Below, one piece after another: positions 40,342 through 51,377 of a stretch of 64,000 bases of DNA; within the stretch, counting starts at the first letter, position 1; each line of letters opens with the position of its first letter. The position numbers and the translations under genes are program-made. Source of the DNA: Candidatus Sericytochromatia bacterium (GTDB lineage: Bacteria > Cyanobacteriota > Sericytochromatia > S15B-MN24 > UBA4093); assembly GCA_036676985.1 (NCBI GenBank), contig JAKFBU010000047.1, positions 8,096-72,095 on the forward strand. The letters are read 5' to 3'. The notes below the pieces were generated by a model that was not told the DNA's origin, searched no databases, and saw only the letters and a list, made by a program, of their open reading frames with translations.

Positions 40342-42348
40342 GTGCAGCCGCACCCCTTCAAGATCAAGGCCGCCTACCAACCCGCGGGCGACCAGCCCAA
40401 GGCCATCCGACAGATCGTCGACGGCCTCCAGCGGGGCATGGACGCCCAGACTCTGTTGGGCGCGACCGGCACCGGCAAGACCTACACCATGGCCCAGGTG
40501 ATCCAGGCGGTGCAGCGGCCGACGCTCGTCATCGCCCACAACAAGACGCTCGCCGCCCAGCTCTGCAACGAGCTCCGCGAGTTCTTCCCGGAAAACCGGG
40601 TCGAGTACTTCATCTCGTACTACGACTACTACCAGCCCGAGGCCTACATCCCCTCGACGGACACCTACATCGAGAAGACCTCGAGCATCAACGACGAGAT
40701 CGACAAGCTGCGCCACTCGGCCACCCGATCGCTGCTCGAGCGTCGCGACACCATCGTCGTCGCGTCGGTGTCCTGCATTTACGGCCTGGGTTCGCCCCAG
40801 GAGTACCTCAAGGGTACACTCCACCTCGCCCAGGGCCAGGAGGTCTCGCGCGACGACCTGCTGCGGCACCTGGTGGGCGTGCAGTACGAGCGCAACGACG
40901 TGGAGCTGATGCGCGGCCGCTTCCGGGTGCGCGGCGACACGCTCGAGATCGTGCCCGCCTGGGAGGAGAACGTCTTCCGGATCGAGCTCTTCGGCGACGA
41001 GATCGACCGCATCACCGAGATCGACCCGGTCACCGGCGAGATCCTGGGCATCCGCGACGAGCTCGCCATCTACCCGGCCAAGCACTTCGTCACCTCCGAC
41101 GAGCGCATGCAGGAGATCATCCGGGGCATCGAGCAGGAGCTCGAGTGGCGCCTGCCCCAGCTGCGCGACCAGAACAAGCTCCTCGAGGCCCAGCGTCTGG
41201 AGCAGCGTACCAACTACGACCTGGAGATGATCCGCGAGATCGGCTACTGCTCGGGCGTCGAGAACTACTCGCGCCACTTCACGGGGCGCGCGCCCGGCGA
41301 GCCGCCCCCGACCCTGCTGGATTACTTCCCCGAGGACTTCCTCGTCGTCATCGACGAGAGCCACGTGACCATCCCGCAGGTCCAGGGCATGTACCAGGGC
41401 GATCGCGCCCGCAAGGAGACGCTCGTCGAGCACGGCTTCCGCCTGCCGTCGGCCATGGACAACCGGCCCCTCAAGATCGCCGAGTTCTGGCAGCACGTGG
41501 GCCAGAAGGTGTTCGTGTCCGCCACGCCCGGCGACTACGAGCTCAAGGTCTCCGAGCAGGTGGTCGAGCAGATCATCCGCCCCACGGGGCTGGTCGACCC
41601 CGAGATCTTCGTTCGTCCCATCGAGGGCCAGATCGACGACCTGGTGGGCGAGATCCGCGAGCGCGTCGAGCGCGAGGAGCGCACGCTCGTCATGACCCTC
41701 ACCAAGAAGATGGCCGAGGACCTGACGGAGTACCTGCAAGAGATCGGCATCCGGGTGAAATACCTTCACTCGGACATCAAGAGCCTCGAGCGCATCGAGA
41801 TCCTGCGCGACCTGCGCATGGGCGGCTTCGACGTGCTGGTCGGCGTCAACTTGCTCCGCGAGGGCATCGACCTGCCAGAGGTCTCGCTCATCACCATCCT
41901 CGACGCCGACAAGGAAGGCTTCCTGCGGGCCCATCGCTCGCTCATCCAGATGATCGGCCGCGCGGCGCGTCACCCGCGGGGCCAGGTCATCATGTACGCC
42001 GACAAGTTCACGGACTCCATGACCAAGGCCCTGGACGAGACGGAGCGGCGCCGCTCCATGCAGCTCGCCTACAACGTCGAGCACGGCATCACGCCCAAGG
42101 CCATCATCAAGAGCACCCGCAACGCCATCCTCGAGAGCCTGACCGGCGAGAAGCTGGCGGCGCCGTTGCCCATGCCGACGGCGGCCTCGCCGGACGACGT
42201 GCCCAAGCTCCTCAAGGAGCTCGAGACCCAGATGAAGGCCGCAGCCGCCATCCTCGACTTCGAGACCGCAGCCCTGCTGCGCGATCGCATCCAGGCCCTG
42301 CGCCTCCAGCAAGAGAAAGCCCGCAAGGACATGAAGCTGCATGGCTGA
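40342..42348 (+). CDS. uvrB: Excinuclease ABC subunit B
   Basis: [33 protein letters not shown] tail. Confidence 0.99.
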   Translation: MQPHPFKIKAAYQPAGDQPKAIRQIVDGLQRGMDAQTLLGATGTGKTYTMAQVIQAVQRPTLVIAHNKTLAAQLCNELREFFPENRVEYFISYYDYYQPEAYIPSTDTYIEKTSSINDEIDKLRHSATRSLLERRDTIVVASVSCIYGLGSPQEYLKGTLHLAQGQEVSRDDLLRHLVGVQYERNDVELMRGRFRVRGDTLEIVPAWEENVFRIELFGDEIDRITEIDPVTGEILGIRDELAIYPAKHFVTSDERMQEIIRGIEQELEWRLPQLRDQNKLLEAQRLEQRTNYDLEMIREIGYCSGVENYSRHFTGRAPGEPPPTLLDYFPEDFLVVIDESHVTIPQVQGMYQGDRARKETLVEHGFRLPSAMDNRPLKIAEFWQHVGQKVFVSATPGDYELKVSEQVVEQIIRPTGLVDPEIFVRPIEGQIDDLVGEIRERVEREERTLVMTLTKKMAEDLTEYLQEIGIRVKYLHSDIKSLERIEILRDLRMGGFDVLVGVNLLREGIDLPEVSLITILDADKEGFLRAHRSLIQMIGRAARHPRGQVIMYADKFTDSMTKALDETERRRSMQLAYNVEHGITPKAIIKSTRNAILESLTGEKLAAPLPMPTAASPDDVPKLLKELETQMKAAAAILDFETAALLRDRIQALRLQQEKARKDMKLHG

Positions 42349-45154
42349 TCTGCGCACGCACCGCGAGCTCACCGAGCGGGGAGAGGCGGCCGTCGTCTCG
42401 GCCCTGCTCGCCCTCGGGGCCGACTACATCATCCTCCCGCACCTGCTCTTGCCCGGCATGCTCGGTCCGCGCAACCCCGACGACCTGGACGTGGTCGTGC
42501 TGGGGCCGCGCGGCGTGGCGCTGGTCGAGTACCGCCATTGGCACGGCCATCTGACGCTTGCCCCCTCCGGCGAGCCGTGGGTGTTGCGCTTCGCCGCGGG
42601 CGGCGAGGAGGCGCGTCCCAACCCCGCGGACACGCTCGTCACCAAGTCGGAGGCGCTGCGCGACCACCTGCAGGCCCAGGGCCTCGCGCCCACGCTCATG
42701 GTCCGGGCCGTGGTCGTGCCGGACCGCACCCAGCTCGAGGGCACGGCCGACGTCCCCGTCATCCCGCGCTCCGAGCTCTCCCGCTGGATCACCGATGCCC
42801 TGCACGGCGAGGGCACGCCCTGGACCGCGCAGGCGGCGGATCTGCTGCGGCCGCCCACGCCGCCGCGCATGGTCAACCAGTACCGCCTGACCTCGCTGCT
42901 GGGACGATCGGTGGAGCGCACCACCTACCTGGCCTACGACACCCTCAAGGCGCGCGTCGTCTCCCTGCGCGAGCTGCCCTACGATCCCTTCCAACGTCCC
43001 GAGGAGCTGGAGCGGACCCGCCTCGAGCTCCTGCGCGAGGCCAAGCTCACCATGGAGCTGCAGCACCCGGCCATCGAGCGCATCGAGCAGATCATCCCCC
43101 AGGACGACTGCTACTACGTGGTGGGCGAGTGGCTCGAGGCCGCCATGAACCTGCGCGAGGTGCTCGGCCAGGGCCCCATGAACGTCGAGACGGCGCTCGA
43201 CATGGCGATCGCCTGCGCCGACGCCCTCAGCTACGCCCACGGCAAGGGCGTCGTGCACCGCAACGTGCGCCCCGAGAACATCCTCTTGGCGGGCCGCGTC
43301 GTCAAGCTCACCAACTTCAAGCTCGCCAAGAAGGCCGATCTCGCCACCCGGTCCAGCTTCGACCTGCGCGCCATGGCCCAGGAGAACCCCTACGCGGCCC
43401 CCGAGTTCCGCCTGGGCGCGGAGGGCCACCACCGGGTGGACGCACGGGCGGACATCTACGCGCTGGGAGCCGTCCTGTACGAGGCCCTGACGGGTACGCC
43501 CCCCTTGCATCTGGACGAAAAGTACTGGACCGCACCCTCGGGGACCAACCCCGCGGTCAAGCTCGCCCTCGACGAGGTGGTCCAGCAGGCGCTGCGCTTC
43601 GATCCGGCCCAGCGGTTCTCGACCATGAGCGCCTTCCGCGAGCGGCTCCTGGCCATCCGGGAAGGACGGACCGGCGATCAGGCCGGCATGCGGTACTGCG
43701 ATCGCCGCCTGGTGAAGCGCACCCGCAACAGCCTCCTCTACCGGGCCACGGACACGGAGCGGGGCCGCGAGGTCGCCCTCAAGAAGATCCTGCTCGATCC
43801 CATGCTCTCGCCCGACGCGCGCATGGCGTCGGTGCAGCGCCTCTTGCGCGAGGCCCCCATCGCCTCTTCCCTGGTTCACCCGCGCATCGTCACGGTCCTC
43901 GACACCTTCGTCGAGGACGAGGACCCCTTCGTGGTCATGGAGTGGCTGGACGGCCACGACCTGCGCGAGCACCTGGACGGCAAGCGGCCGGCGCTCGGCG
44001 TGGACGACGCCCTCGACGTGGTGCGTCACGTGGGCGAGGCCCTGGTCTACGCTCACGGCCAGGGGATCGTGCACCGGGACATCAAGCCCGAAAACCTGTT
44101 AATTGACGGCACGCGCGTGACGGTCCTGGACTTCGGCCTCGCGACGGTCGCGGGCGAGGAGTCGGACGACGCGGCCCGGCCCGGCGGGACCGTGCGCTAC
44201 ATGGCGCCCGAGGTGCTGCAGGGGGCGATCGCCGATCCGCGGTCGGACGTCTACAGCCTGGCCGTGGTGCTATACGAGCTCTTGACCAACCGCTATCCCT
44301 ACGGGGCGGACGCCATCATGGGGCGCTTCTCGGAGGTGGCGGAGGGCGTGGCCCCGCCGAGCCACCTGAACTTGGCGGTGACGCCCGCCCTGGACACGCC
44401 CATCCTCAAGGCGCTGGCGGTGGATCCCGAGGAGCGGCAGCCCACCATGGAGGCCTTCCTATCGGAGCTCGCGGCGGCCGAGGACGAGGGCGAGCCCGCG
44501 GGCTTCCTGCCGGCGGGGGACGTCCCCTGGAAGACCCTTTCGTTGGTCGCCATCGGGGCCATGCTGATCGGCGGGGTGGCCATCGGCATGTACCTGAGCG
44601 GGCCCGGCGTGCTCTTCAGCAAGCGGAGCCAGGGCGCCGTGGCGTCCCAGTCGGTGGCGGTGGCCCCGGTGGCGACGGAGAGCCTGGCGCCGCTGGTGGA
44701 GGCGACCCTCGCGCCGGAGCCCACGCCCTATCCGACGCCCACGCCCACGGAGGTACCGGCGGCGATGGTGACCTGGGCGAGCTCGCCCGTGACCATCGCG
44801 GAGGTCACCATGCAGGTCGAGCGGGTGGAGCCCATCCAGGCGACGTCCGAGACGCTCGTCACGCTCAAGATCAAGAACCTGAGCGCGTCGCCCCTGACGC
44901 TCTTCAACGGGGGCAATGCGGGCGATCAGCTGAGCATCACGGACGACCTGAGCGGCGACTACACCTCGACGGTGGACTGGAGCACGGTCTCGCCCGAGCT
45001 CATCCTGGTGGACGCGGGCCGGACGGTGGAGGGGACGTTCCGGCTCTCGCGGGCCATCGACCAGGCGGCGAACCAGGTGCAGGTCCTCGTCCGGGAAGAG
45101 GGCGGCCAGGGGCGCGAGTTCCTGTTGCGGGCTTATCGGATGGAGATCCGGTAG
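42341..45154 (+). CDS. NERD - pseudokinase - Ser/Thr kinase - TM - extracellular domain protein
   Basis: NERD ([19 protein letters not shown]); kinase 1 HRN/TNF; kinase 2 [18 protein letters not shown]; TM near the C-terminal third. Confidence 0.85.
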   Translation: MADLRTHRELTERGEAAVVSALLALGADYIILPHLLLPGMLGPRNPDDLDVVVLGPRGVALVEYRHWHGHLTLAPSGEPWVLRFAAGGEEARPNPADTLVTKSEALRDHLQAQGLAPTLMVRAVVVPDRTQLEGTADVPVIPRSELSRWITDALHGEGTPWTAQAADLLRPPTPPRMVNQYRLTSLLGRSVERTTYLAYDTLKARVVSLRELPYDPFQRPEELERTRLELLREAKLTMELQHPAIERIEQIIPQDDCYYVVGEWLEAAMNLREVLGQGPMNVETALDMAIACADALSYAHGKGVVHRNVRPENILLAGRVVKLTNFKLAKKADLATRSSFDLRAMAQENPYAAPEFRLGAEGHHRVDARADIYALGAVLYEALTGTPPLHLDEKYWTAPSGTNPAVKLALDEVVQQALRFDPAQRFSTMSAFRERLLAIREGRTGDQAGMRYCDRRLVKRTRNSLLYRATDTERGREVALKKILLDPMLSPDARMASVQRLLREAPIASSLVHPRIVTVLDTFVEDEDPFVVMEWLDGHDLREHLDGKRPALGVDDALDVVRHVGEALVYAHGQGIVHRDIKPENLLIDGTRVTVLDFGLATVAGEESDDAARPGGTVRYMAPEVLQGAIADPRSDVYSLAVVLYELLTNRYPYGADAIMGRFSEVAEGVAPPSHLNLAVTPALDTPILKALAVDPEERQPTMEAFLSELAAAEDEGEPAGFLPAGDVPWKTLSLVAIGAMLIGGVAIGMYLSGPGVLFSKRSQGAVASQSVAVAPVATESLAPLVEATLAPEPTPYPTPTPTEVPAAMVTWASSPVTIAEVTMQVERVEPIQATSETLVTLKIKNLSASPLTLFNGGNAGDQLSITDDLSGDYTSTVDWSTVSPELILVDAGRTVEGTFRLSRAIDQAANQVQVLVREEGGQGREFLLRAYRMEIR

Positions 45155-45209
45155 CCTCCACGCCTCAGTAGGACCGCCTCCTCCTGTGCATGGCGAGTGC
45201 ACGAGCCGC

Positions 45210-45752
45210 TTACAGCAGCGGCTGCACCGCCTTCCACAAGGTCATGCGGTCCACGCTGCCCGGAAACACCCGCACGATCCGGCCCTGGCGATCGACCAGG
45301 AACGAGGTCGGCGTCCCCTCGAGGCCGCCGTACCGCTTCACCACCTCCGGGTTGCCGAGCGCGAGCGCGTAGCGCACCTTCAGCTGCTCGGCGAGGCGCT
45401 CGACGCTCTTGCGGTCGTCCCGGTGCAGGGAGATGCCGATGATCTCGAACCCCCGGGGCTGGAGACGCTCGTAGAGGACGTTGAAGTCCGGGATCTCGTC
45501 GCGGCAGTGCTGGCAGCTCGCCTCGTAGAAATTGATGAGCACGACCTTGCCCCGATAGGACGACAGCCGGATGCGCTCCCGGCCCAGGTAGTCGGGCAGG
45601 GAGAAGGCCGGAGCATGCTCGGGAGCCACGGGGCGCCGCACCGCATGCGCGGGAGCCACCCTGGCCTGGTCCTGGTAGCCCTGATAGGCGAGCCCGCCGA
45701 TGACGGCCGCCAAGGCGACGACCTCCACGATGCGACGCGTCGCTGCCTTCAC
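45210..45752 (-). CDS. TlpA/ResA-family thiol-disulfide oxidoreductase
   Basis: N-terminal anchor, GKVVLINF, CQHC, TPTSFLVD. Confidence 0.9.
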   Translation of the reverse strand: MKAATRRIVEVVALAAVIGGLAYQGYQDQARVAPAHAVRRPVAPEHAPAFSLPDYLGRERIRLSSYRGKVVLINFYEASCQHCRDEIPDFNVLYERLQPRGFEIIGISLHRDDRKSVERLAEQLKVRYALALGNPEVVKRYGGLEGTPTSFLVDRQGRIVRVFPGSVDRMTLWKAVQPLL

Positions 45753-45884
45753 GGGGATCTCCTTTCGCTCGGATGAGCCCTGAAGGCTATCAAAGCAGAC
45801 GGCGCGCGCGCGGACACCGGCGGATCCCACGAATTCCGCCTGGCCGCTGAGCAAGCAGCCGAGGGATCTCGGAGAGCCGCTTGG

Positions 45885-46424
45885 CTACAGCAAGGGGGCG
45901 ATCGCTTCCTTGAGCGTCTTGTCGTCGACGGCCCCTCGGAAGGTCCGCACCACCCGCCCCTCGCGATTCACCAAAAAGGACATGGGGACCGCGTCGATCC
46001 CGCCGTAGCGCTCGGCCACCTCGTCGTTGCCGATGACCAGGGGGAAGAGCACCCGGTGCTCGCGGGCGATCGCCGAGACCTGCCGGGCGCCGTCCAGGAG
46101 CCCCGACTGGTCCAGGGAGATGCCGACGATCTCCAGGCCCTTGGGCTTCAGCTCGCGGTAGACCCGGTTGAAGGCGCCCATCTCATGCTGGCAGTGCGGG
46201 CAGATCGTCTCGTAGAAGTTGACGAGCACGACCTGTCCCTTGAGGGCCGACAGCCGGATGTTGCGCCCGCCCTGGTAGATCGGCAGGTCGAAGTCGGGCG
46301 CGGTGCGAAGCTGCTGCTGGGCGGACATGGGTGCGATCGCCTGGCGAGCCTGATAGCTCTGATAGCCACCGAAGGCGAGACCCACGACCGCCAGGCCGAG
46401 GAGCCAGCGCGCGGACGATTTCAT
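45885..46424 (-). CDS. TlpA/ResA-family thiol-disulfide oxidoreductase (paralog)
   Basis: GQVVLVNF, CPHC, VPMSFLVN. Confidence 0.9.
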   Translation of the reverse strand: MKSSARWLLGLAVVGLAFGGYQSYQARQAIAPMSAQQQLRTAPDFDLPIYQGGRNIRLSALKGQVVLVNFYETICPHCQHEMGAFNRVYRELKPKGLEIVGISLDQSGLLDGARQVSAIAREHRVLFPLVIGNDEVAERYGGIDAVPMSFLVNREGRVVRTFRGAVDDKTLKEAIAPLL

Positions 46425-46500
46425 CGCGAGCCTCCTTTCAAGCCCCTCGAGGGCGACCGCTGGCGGCGGCCCTCGAAGGACACGTGCTCATCGCTGGGCG

Positions 46501-46935
46501 TCAGCGCCACCACTGCGAGCGAATGCAGCGGTTTCGAATGCGCCGGCAGAGCTGATAGGTGCCGTAGCCGCCGTAGGAGATGCGGTTGTTGATGCAGCGC
46601 CGGAAGACGCGCTGGCAGCGGGCGAAGATCCCGTAGCCGAAGCCGCCGTACCAACCGCCACCCCCGCCCCAGGAGCCCTGCTGCACCTGCAGCCCACCGA
46701 TGCGCTGGGTCTGAGCCGGGGTTGCGGACGGGGTTGCCGGCTGCGCGTCGCTGCCGGAGTCCAGCTGACGGATCAGGGCGTCGAGCGACGCGTCATCGGC
46801 TCCTTCCGTATCGTCCTGCTGGACCTGGTACGTGACGGAGGGCGCGCGGGGCTGGGTGAGAACCGGGGTCGACGGGGCGCAGGACGTCAGCAGCAGCACG
46901 CTGCCGATCGCCATCAGGGAAACTCGTCTGAGCAT
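46501..46935 (-). CDS. Small lipoprotein precursor with cationic twin-CX6C core (A)
   Basis: GAGGAGG SD, lipobox LTS-C, two VQQ motifs, C-x6-C-x15-C-x6-C. Confidence 0.75.
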   Translation of the reverse strand: MLRRVSLMAIGSVLLLTSCAPSTPVLTQPRAPSVTYQVQQDDTEGADDASLDALIRQLDSGSDAQPATPSATPAQTQRIGGLQVQQGSWGGGGGWYGGFGYGIFARCQRVFRRCINNRISYGGYGTYQLCRRIRNRCIRSQWWR

Positions 46936-47192
46936 GTCCACCTCCTCGAGCGGAAGGCCCGGATGCCGGCTGCCCGAGAACGCTCGCTCGAGCCGCTCCC
47001 GGCGTGGCCTTCCGCCCATGGGGGTGTTTATAGCGGAGCGCGGACGCGGATGCAGTGGAGGATCTGACCAGCTTCCATAAAGAAGTTTTCCGTTCGCGCC
47101 ATCGCCTCGTCGCTCGGCTAATTGGCCGTCCGCCCCCCGGAAGGGCCCATTGGAGCCGATCGGCTCGGGTCGCGCGGCCGCTCGAGTGAGGG

Positions 47193-48101
47193 TTAGCCGA
47201 ACAGCGTCCGGGCGTTGCCGGAAAGCAACGCCGCGCGGGCCGTCGCGTCGAGCGAAAGGCCTGCGAGCGCCTTGAGTTCCCGGTCCCATGCGTAGGGCAG
47301 GTTCGGAAAGTCTGAGCCGTACAACATGCGGTGCCCCCACTGCCGCATGAGGGCGTCATCTGGACGCTGCGGGAAGTAGTCGGCGAGCATCATCGTGGTG
47401 TCGAGCCAGAGCAGCTCGAACTCCTCGAGCAGGGCCGCATAGGCCTCGATCTCGTCCGCTCCGAGGTGCGGCACGACGACCATCAGATCCGGGTGCCGCT
47501 CGAGCACGGAGCGCATGGCCCGCACCGAGAGCAGGCCCCGGGCATCGAAGCCGTACGCGGGCGAGGCGGGCTCGCGGCCCGCGTGGATGACGACGGGGCG
47601 CCCGGCCTCGGCGCACAGGCGGTAGATGGGGTCGAGCCGCGGATCGTCCGGCGCGAGCCGCTGGACGTGGCAATGCAGCTTGATGCCGCGCAGTCCCAGC
47701 GGGCCGAGCGCCTCCTTGACGATGGCCTCGGCGTCCGGCTCGCCGGGCAAGACCGTGCCGAGCGCCCAGACTTCCGGGTGTGCCGCGGCTACCTCTGCCG
47801 CATAGCGGTTGAGGCTGCGGGCCATGTCCGGCACGTGGGCGTAGTGGAGGCCGACGATGCGCTTGACGCCCCGTTCCAACAGGAAGCGGACGGTCTCTTC
47901 GGCGTAGAGCCGGTAGCGGATGGGCCAGGCATGGGCCTCGAACCACCGCCAGATGGCCTCGTAGACCCGCGGAGGAAACAGGTGGACGTGCGCGTCGATG
48001 ACCTCGAGGTCGTCTGGCAGCCGGTCGCCCTCGGCGTCATCGAGCGCGGGAAGCGGGAAGGTCCCCTTCTTCCACAGGCTCTCGATGAGGCCCTCACACA
48101 T
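47193..48101 (-). CDS. Amidohydrolase_2 family protein
   Basis: IDAHVH, GIKLH, IHAG, PHLG, YGSDFP. Confidence 0.9.
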   Translation of the reverse strand: MCEGLIESLWKKGTFPLPALDDAEGDRLPDDLEVIDAHVHLFPPRVYEAIWRWFEAHAWPIRYRLYAEETVRFLLERGVKRIVGLHYAHVPDMARSLNRYAAEVAAAHPEVWALGTVLPGEPDAEAIVKEALGPLGLRGIKLHCHVQRLAPDDPRLDPIYRLCAEAGRPVVIHAGREPASPAYGFDARGLLSVRAMRSVLERHPDLMVVVPHLGADEIEAYAALLEEFELLWLDTTMMLADYFPQRPDDALMRQWGHRMLYGSDFPNLPYAWDRELKALAGLSLDATARAALLSGNARTLFG

Positions 48102-49293
48102 CGGACGGCGAGACCCCCTGGTCCATGGCGGCCTCTTGGGCTTCCGAGCCGCCGGCGCTGGGAGGACGCGGGCCGAAGTACTGGTACAGGTCGCAGCGGA
48201 TGTTGCCGTTGTAGAGCTTGCGCTTCTTGTGGGCCACCCGGTCGAAGAGGCGCTCGAAGTCGGGATGCGGCGTGATGACGAAGAAGGACCAGGTCTCGAG
48301 CGGCTTGAACACGCGGCCCATGTCCCGGTACAGCTGATCGACCTCGGGCTTCTCGCCCAGGCGCTCGCCGTAGGGCGGGTTGGTGATGACGTAGCCGTAC
48401 TTCTTCTTGGTCGAGAAGTCCTGGACGGCCTTCTTCTCGAAGTTGATGACGTCCTCGAGCCCCGCGAGCTTGGCGTGGTAGCGCGCGGTGGAGAGCACCT
48501 CGGCCGAGGAGTCGGAGCCGTAGATCCCGCGGATGGCCGCGTCCCGGCGCATGAGGTCCTCGGCCTCCTGTTTGGCGTCCGTCCAGACGTGCCCGGGGAT
48601 GACGCCCCAGTTCGTGGCGTCGAAGTCCCGGAACATGCCGGGGGCGATGTTCCGGGCGATGAGGCCCGCCTCGATGGGAATGGTTCCCGAGCCGCACAGG
48701 GGATCGACGAGGGTCCGGTCCGGATGCCACCGGCTGATGAGCACGAGGGCGGCCGCGAGCGTCTCGCGCAGAGGAGCTGGCGCCGTGAGCTTGCGATAGC
48801 CGCGCTTGTGCAGGCCGATGCCCGTGGTGTCGATCGTGAGGGTCGCCACGTCCTTGCGCAGGTCGATGAGGATCCCGAACCGGGAGCCCGACTCCTCGAA
48901 GCGCTCGCGCTTGTAGCGCCGCTTCATGGCCTCGATGATCGCCTTCTTGACGACACCCTGGGCGGCAGGGACGCTCGAGAGCTGGGACTGGTTGCTCTTG
49001 CCCTCCACGTGGATGAAGGCGTCCTCGGGCAGGATCTCCTCCCAGGGCAGGGCCTTGGTCTGATCGAACAGCTCATCGAAGGTGCGGGCCGGGAACTCTC
49101 CCAGCTTGAGGAGCACGCGCTCGGCTGTGCGTAGCCAGGTGTTGGCGCGCGCGACGGCGCTCCAGTCCCCCTGGAAGGTGATCCGGCCGTTCTCGACCTT
49201 TGGGTCCTGGTAGCCCAGCGAGCGGATCTCGTGGGCGGCGAGGGCCTCGAGGCCCATGGCGGTGGTGGCGACGAGTGTCAGGGCTTTAGTCAT
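48094..49293 (-). CDS. THUMP-domain RNA methyltransferase (RlmL/YpsC-like)
   Basis: LHKRGYR, APLRETLAA, DPLCGSGT, TNPPYGER. Confidence 0.92.
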   Translation of the reverse strand: MTKALTLVATTAMGLEALAAHEIRSLGYQDPKVENGRITFQGDWSAVARANTWLRTAERVLLKLGEFPARTFDELFDQTKALPWEEILPEDAFIHVEGKSNQSQLSSVPAAQGVVKKAIIEAMKRRYKRERFEESGSRFGILIDLRKDVATLTIDTTGIGLHKRGYRKLTAPAPLRETLAAALVLISRWHPDRTLVDPLCGSGTIPIEAGLIARNIAPGMFRDFDATNWGVIPGHVWTDAKQEAEDLMRRDAAIRGIYGSDSSAEVLSTARYHAKLAGLEDVINFEKKAVQDFSTKKKYGYVITNPPYGERLGEKPEVDQLYRDMGRVFKPLETWSFFVITPHPDFERLFDRVAHKKRKLYNGNIRCDLYQYFGPRPPSAGGSEAQEAAMDQGVSPSDV

Positions 49294-49316
49294 CCCGCCA
49301 TGATAGCAGAGGTGCG

Positions 49317-49928
49317 CTAGTCGCGGCTGACCGGGTACCGGATGATGGTCTTCAGCTTCTCGGGGGCCGAGCGCCTCGCATCCCCCAGGTAGATCTCGTG
49401 GTGCTTGCCCGCCATTCGCATGCCTTCGGCCGCGATGAAGGCGTGGAGCCGTTCGACGGTCGGGACCTCCGTGGCGTAGGGGCCGATGTGCATGATCTGG
49501 GCGGCCTGGCCTTCGTGCAGCCGTTCGAGCCGCAGCGCCTCGCGCGCGGGCAGCTCCTTGCCCTTGCGCTCCAACTCGGCGAGCACGGTGGCGAGGTCTT
49601 CCGGGGTGACCTCGTCCGGCACGGCGATCATGGCCGTCCAGCACCAGGCCTCTCGGTCCAGGTAGTCGAAGGAGGTGTTGTCGCCCATCCACCACAGCCC
49701 TTCGAGCGGCATCACCGTATAATCGTGTCCCCGCTTCTTGAGCAGGAACTTCAGGCCGTAGGCGACCGGAAAGAGGGTGCCCATGGCGGCCGCGAACCGC
49801 GGGCCGCCCGGATCTCCTTGCCCGTCGATCATGAGGTAGTCGAGATCCGGGACGCTCACGAGGGAAGGGGCCTGGGCGGGCGCGGTGTAGGCGCTACGGT
49901 GGGTCTTCTTGAGGTCGACGGGCGGCAT
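49317..49928 (-). CDS. GyrI-like small-molecule-binding protein
   Basis: MIDGQGDP, PLEGLWW, HIGPY, HHEIYLGD. Confidence 0.88.
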   Translation of the reverse strand: MPPVDLKKTHRSAYTAPAQAPSLVSVPDLDYLMIDGQGDPGGPRFAAAMGTLFPVAYGLKFLLKKRGHDYTVMPLEGLWWMGDNTSFDYLDREAWCWTAMIAVPDEVTPEDLATVLAELERKGKELPAREALRLERLHEGQAAQIMHIGPYATEVPTVERLHAFIAAEGMRMAGKHHEIYLGDARRSAPEKLKTIIRYPVSRD

Positions 49929-49936
49929 CGGGCTCC

Positions 49937-50530
49937 TTAGGCGGGCGAAACGGGGTAGCGAATCAGCAGCTCCAGTGGACACCGGTTCGAGCGGCGGGGG
50001 TCCGAGAGGTAGATCTCGTGCCGCAGGCCCGAGAGGTTCAGGCCGTGCTCGTGGGCAAAGTGGAGCAGGCGCTCGTAGGTGGGGCCTTCGGGCACGGTGG
50101 GACCGCGCTGCAGCACCTGGACCGCCTGACCCTCATTTACCCGGCCGAAGCGCATTTCATGGAAGGAGGGCAGCACCTGCTCCAGCTCGTCCAGCGTCTC
50201 CAGGGCCATTTCGAGGTGATTGAGGGTGGCGTCGTCCGGTAGGGACACCATCAGGGTCCAGGTGCCCTGCTCGTGATGCGCGCCGTCCTGCCGCCAGAGG
50301 CATTCGATGGGAACGGGGCGCGGGCTGTAGTCGGGGTCCATGAGCAGCCAGAGGGTGGCGGAAAGCGGTTCCAGGGTCTGCCAGGCGGCGTCGAACTCCG
50401 CGCTGGTGCTGGGATCGCCCTTGCCGTCGATCATCAGGTAACTGGTGGCGGGCACGTCGACGAGGATCGGGTTCAAGGCGGCTGGCTCCAGCAACGGGGG
50501 GGTGATCGGTTTCGGGAGGAGCATCGGCAC
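49937..50530 (-). CDS. GyrI-like protein (divergent paralog)
   Basis: MIDGKGDP, PIECLW, RHEIYLSDPRR. Confidence 0.82.
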   Translation of the reverse strand: MPMLLPKPITPPLLEPAALNPILVDVPATSYLMIDGKGDPSTSAEFDAAWQTLEPLSATLWLLMDPDYSPRPVPIECLWRQDGAHHEQGTWTLMVSLPDDATLNHLEMALETLDELEQVLPSFHEMRFGRVNEGQAVQVLQRGPTVPEGPTYERLLHFAHEHGLNLSGLRHEIYLSDPRRSNRCPLELLIRYPVSPA

Positions 50531-50644
50531 CGGGGGCCTCCTTTCGAGCGGACCTCTCTAGGTTACATCTCGTAATGAACCCATGCATCCGTATGAACCC
50601 GAGGGTGCTGGCGCAGGTTGGCCCGGGGCGCTACAATCAGCTGC

Positions 50645-51283
50645 ATGACACAGCGAAAAGGCTTGATGATCGTCGTCGAGGGCATCGACGGCATGGGCAA
50701 ATCCACGCAGCTCGCGGCTCTGGAGTCCTTCCTGACGTCCGCGGGCTACCGCGTGCGCCGCACCAAGGAGCCCACCGACAGCGCGTACGGGCGCGAGATC
50801 CGGCGCATCGCCCAGGAGGGTCGCGCGGGTGTGACGCTCGAGGACGAGCTGAACCTCTTCCTGAAGGACCGGGAGCTCGATGTCCGGGAGAACATCCTGC
50901 CGGCCCTGGAGGCGGGCGAGGTGGTGCTCATCGATCGCTACTTCTACTCGAACATCGCCTATCAGGGGGCGCTCGGGCTGGACCCGGCCCACATTCGCCG
51001 GGCCAACGCGCAGTTTCCGGTCCCCGACCTCGTCATCCTGATGGACGCCCCGCCCACCGTCGGCATCGGGCGCATCCGGGGCGGCCGCGGGGAGGCCAAC
51101 AACCAGGGCTACGAGCAAGAGGACTTCCTGGAAAAGGTCCGGGCCCTCTTCCACGCGATGCCGGATCCCAACATCGTCCGCGTCGACGCCACCCGCGACC
51201 TCGCGACGGTCACGCGCGACGTGCGCGACTTGGTGGCGAGTCGCCTTGTCGGCAAGCAGCTCACGAAGGAGTCAGTTGTCTAA
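50645..51283 (+). CDS. tmk: Thymidylate kinase
   Basis: EGIDGMGKST, KEP, IDRY, AYQG, PDL. Confidence 0.96.
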   Translation: MTQRKGLMIVVEGIDGMGKSTQLAALESFLTSAGYRVRRTKEPTDSAYGREIRRIAQEGRAGVTLEDELNLFLKDRELDVRENILPALEAGEVVLIDRYFYSNIAYQGALGLDPAHIRRANAQFPVPDLVILMDAPPTVGIGRIRGGRGEANNQGYEQEDFLEKVRALFHAMPDPNIVRVDATRDLATVTRDVRDLVASRLVGKQLTKESVV

Positions 51284-51377
51284 CGGCCTGGTTTGAGCCG
51301 GTATTGCGTTGCGTTGATGACAATTTCAACGTGTTGATGACGGCGGCCTCCCCGGGCTCGGGGAGGCCGCTGCTCTG

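Noticed and set aside
39916-42372. Long antisense or alternate-frame ORFs (also 16046-18394, 22232-23767, 301-1965, 52180-54189)
   Set aside because: Stop-poor shadow frames expected in high-GC coding DNA; no motifs.
42341-45154. BREX type 2 PglW
   Set aside because: No pglX/Y/Z nearby, and the protein has a TM and extracellular domain.
46936-47340. N-terminal extension of precursor A to 279 aa
   Set aside because: Overlaps the amidohydrolase gene; the SD and lipoprotein signal fit ATG 46935.
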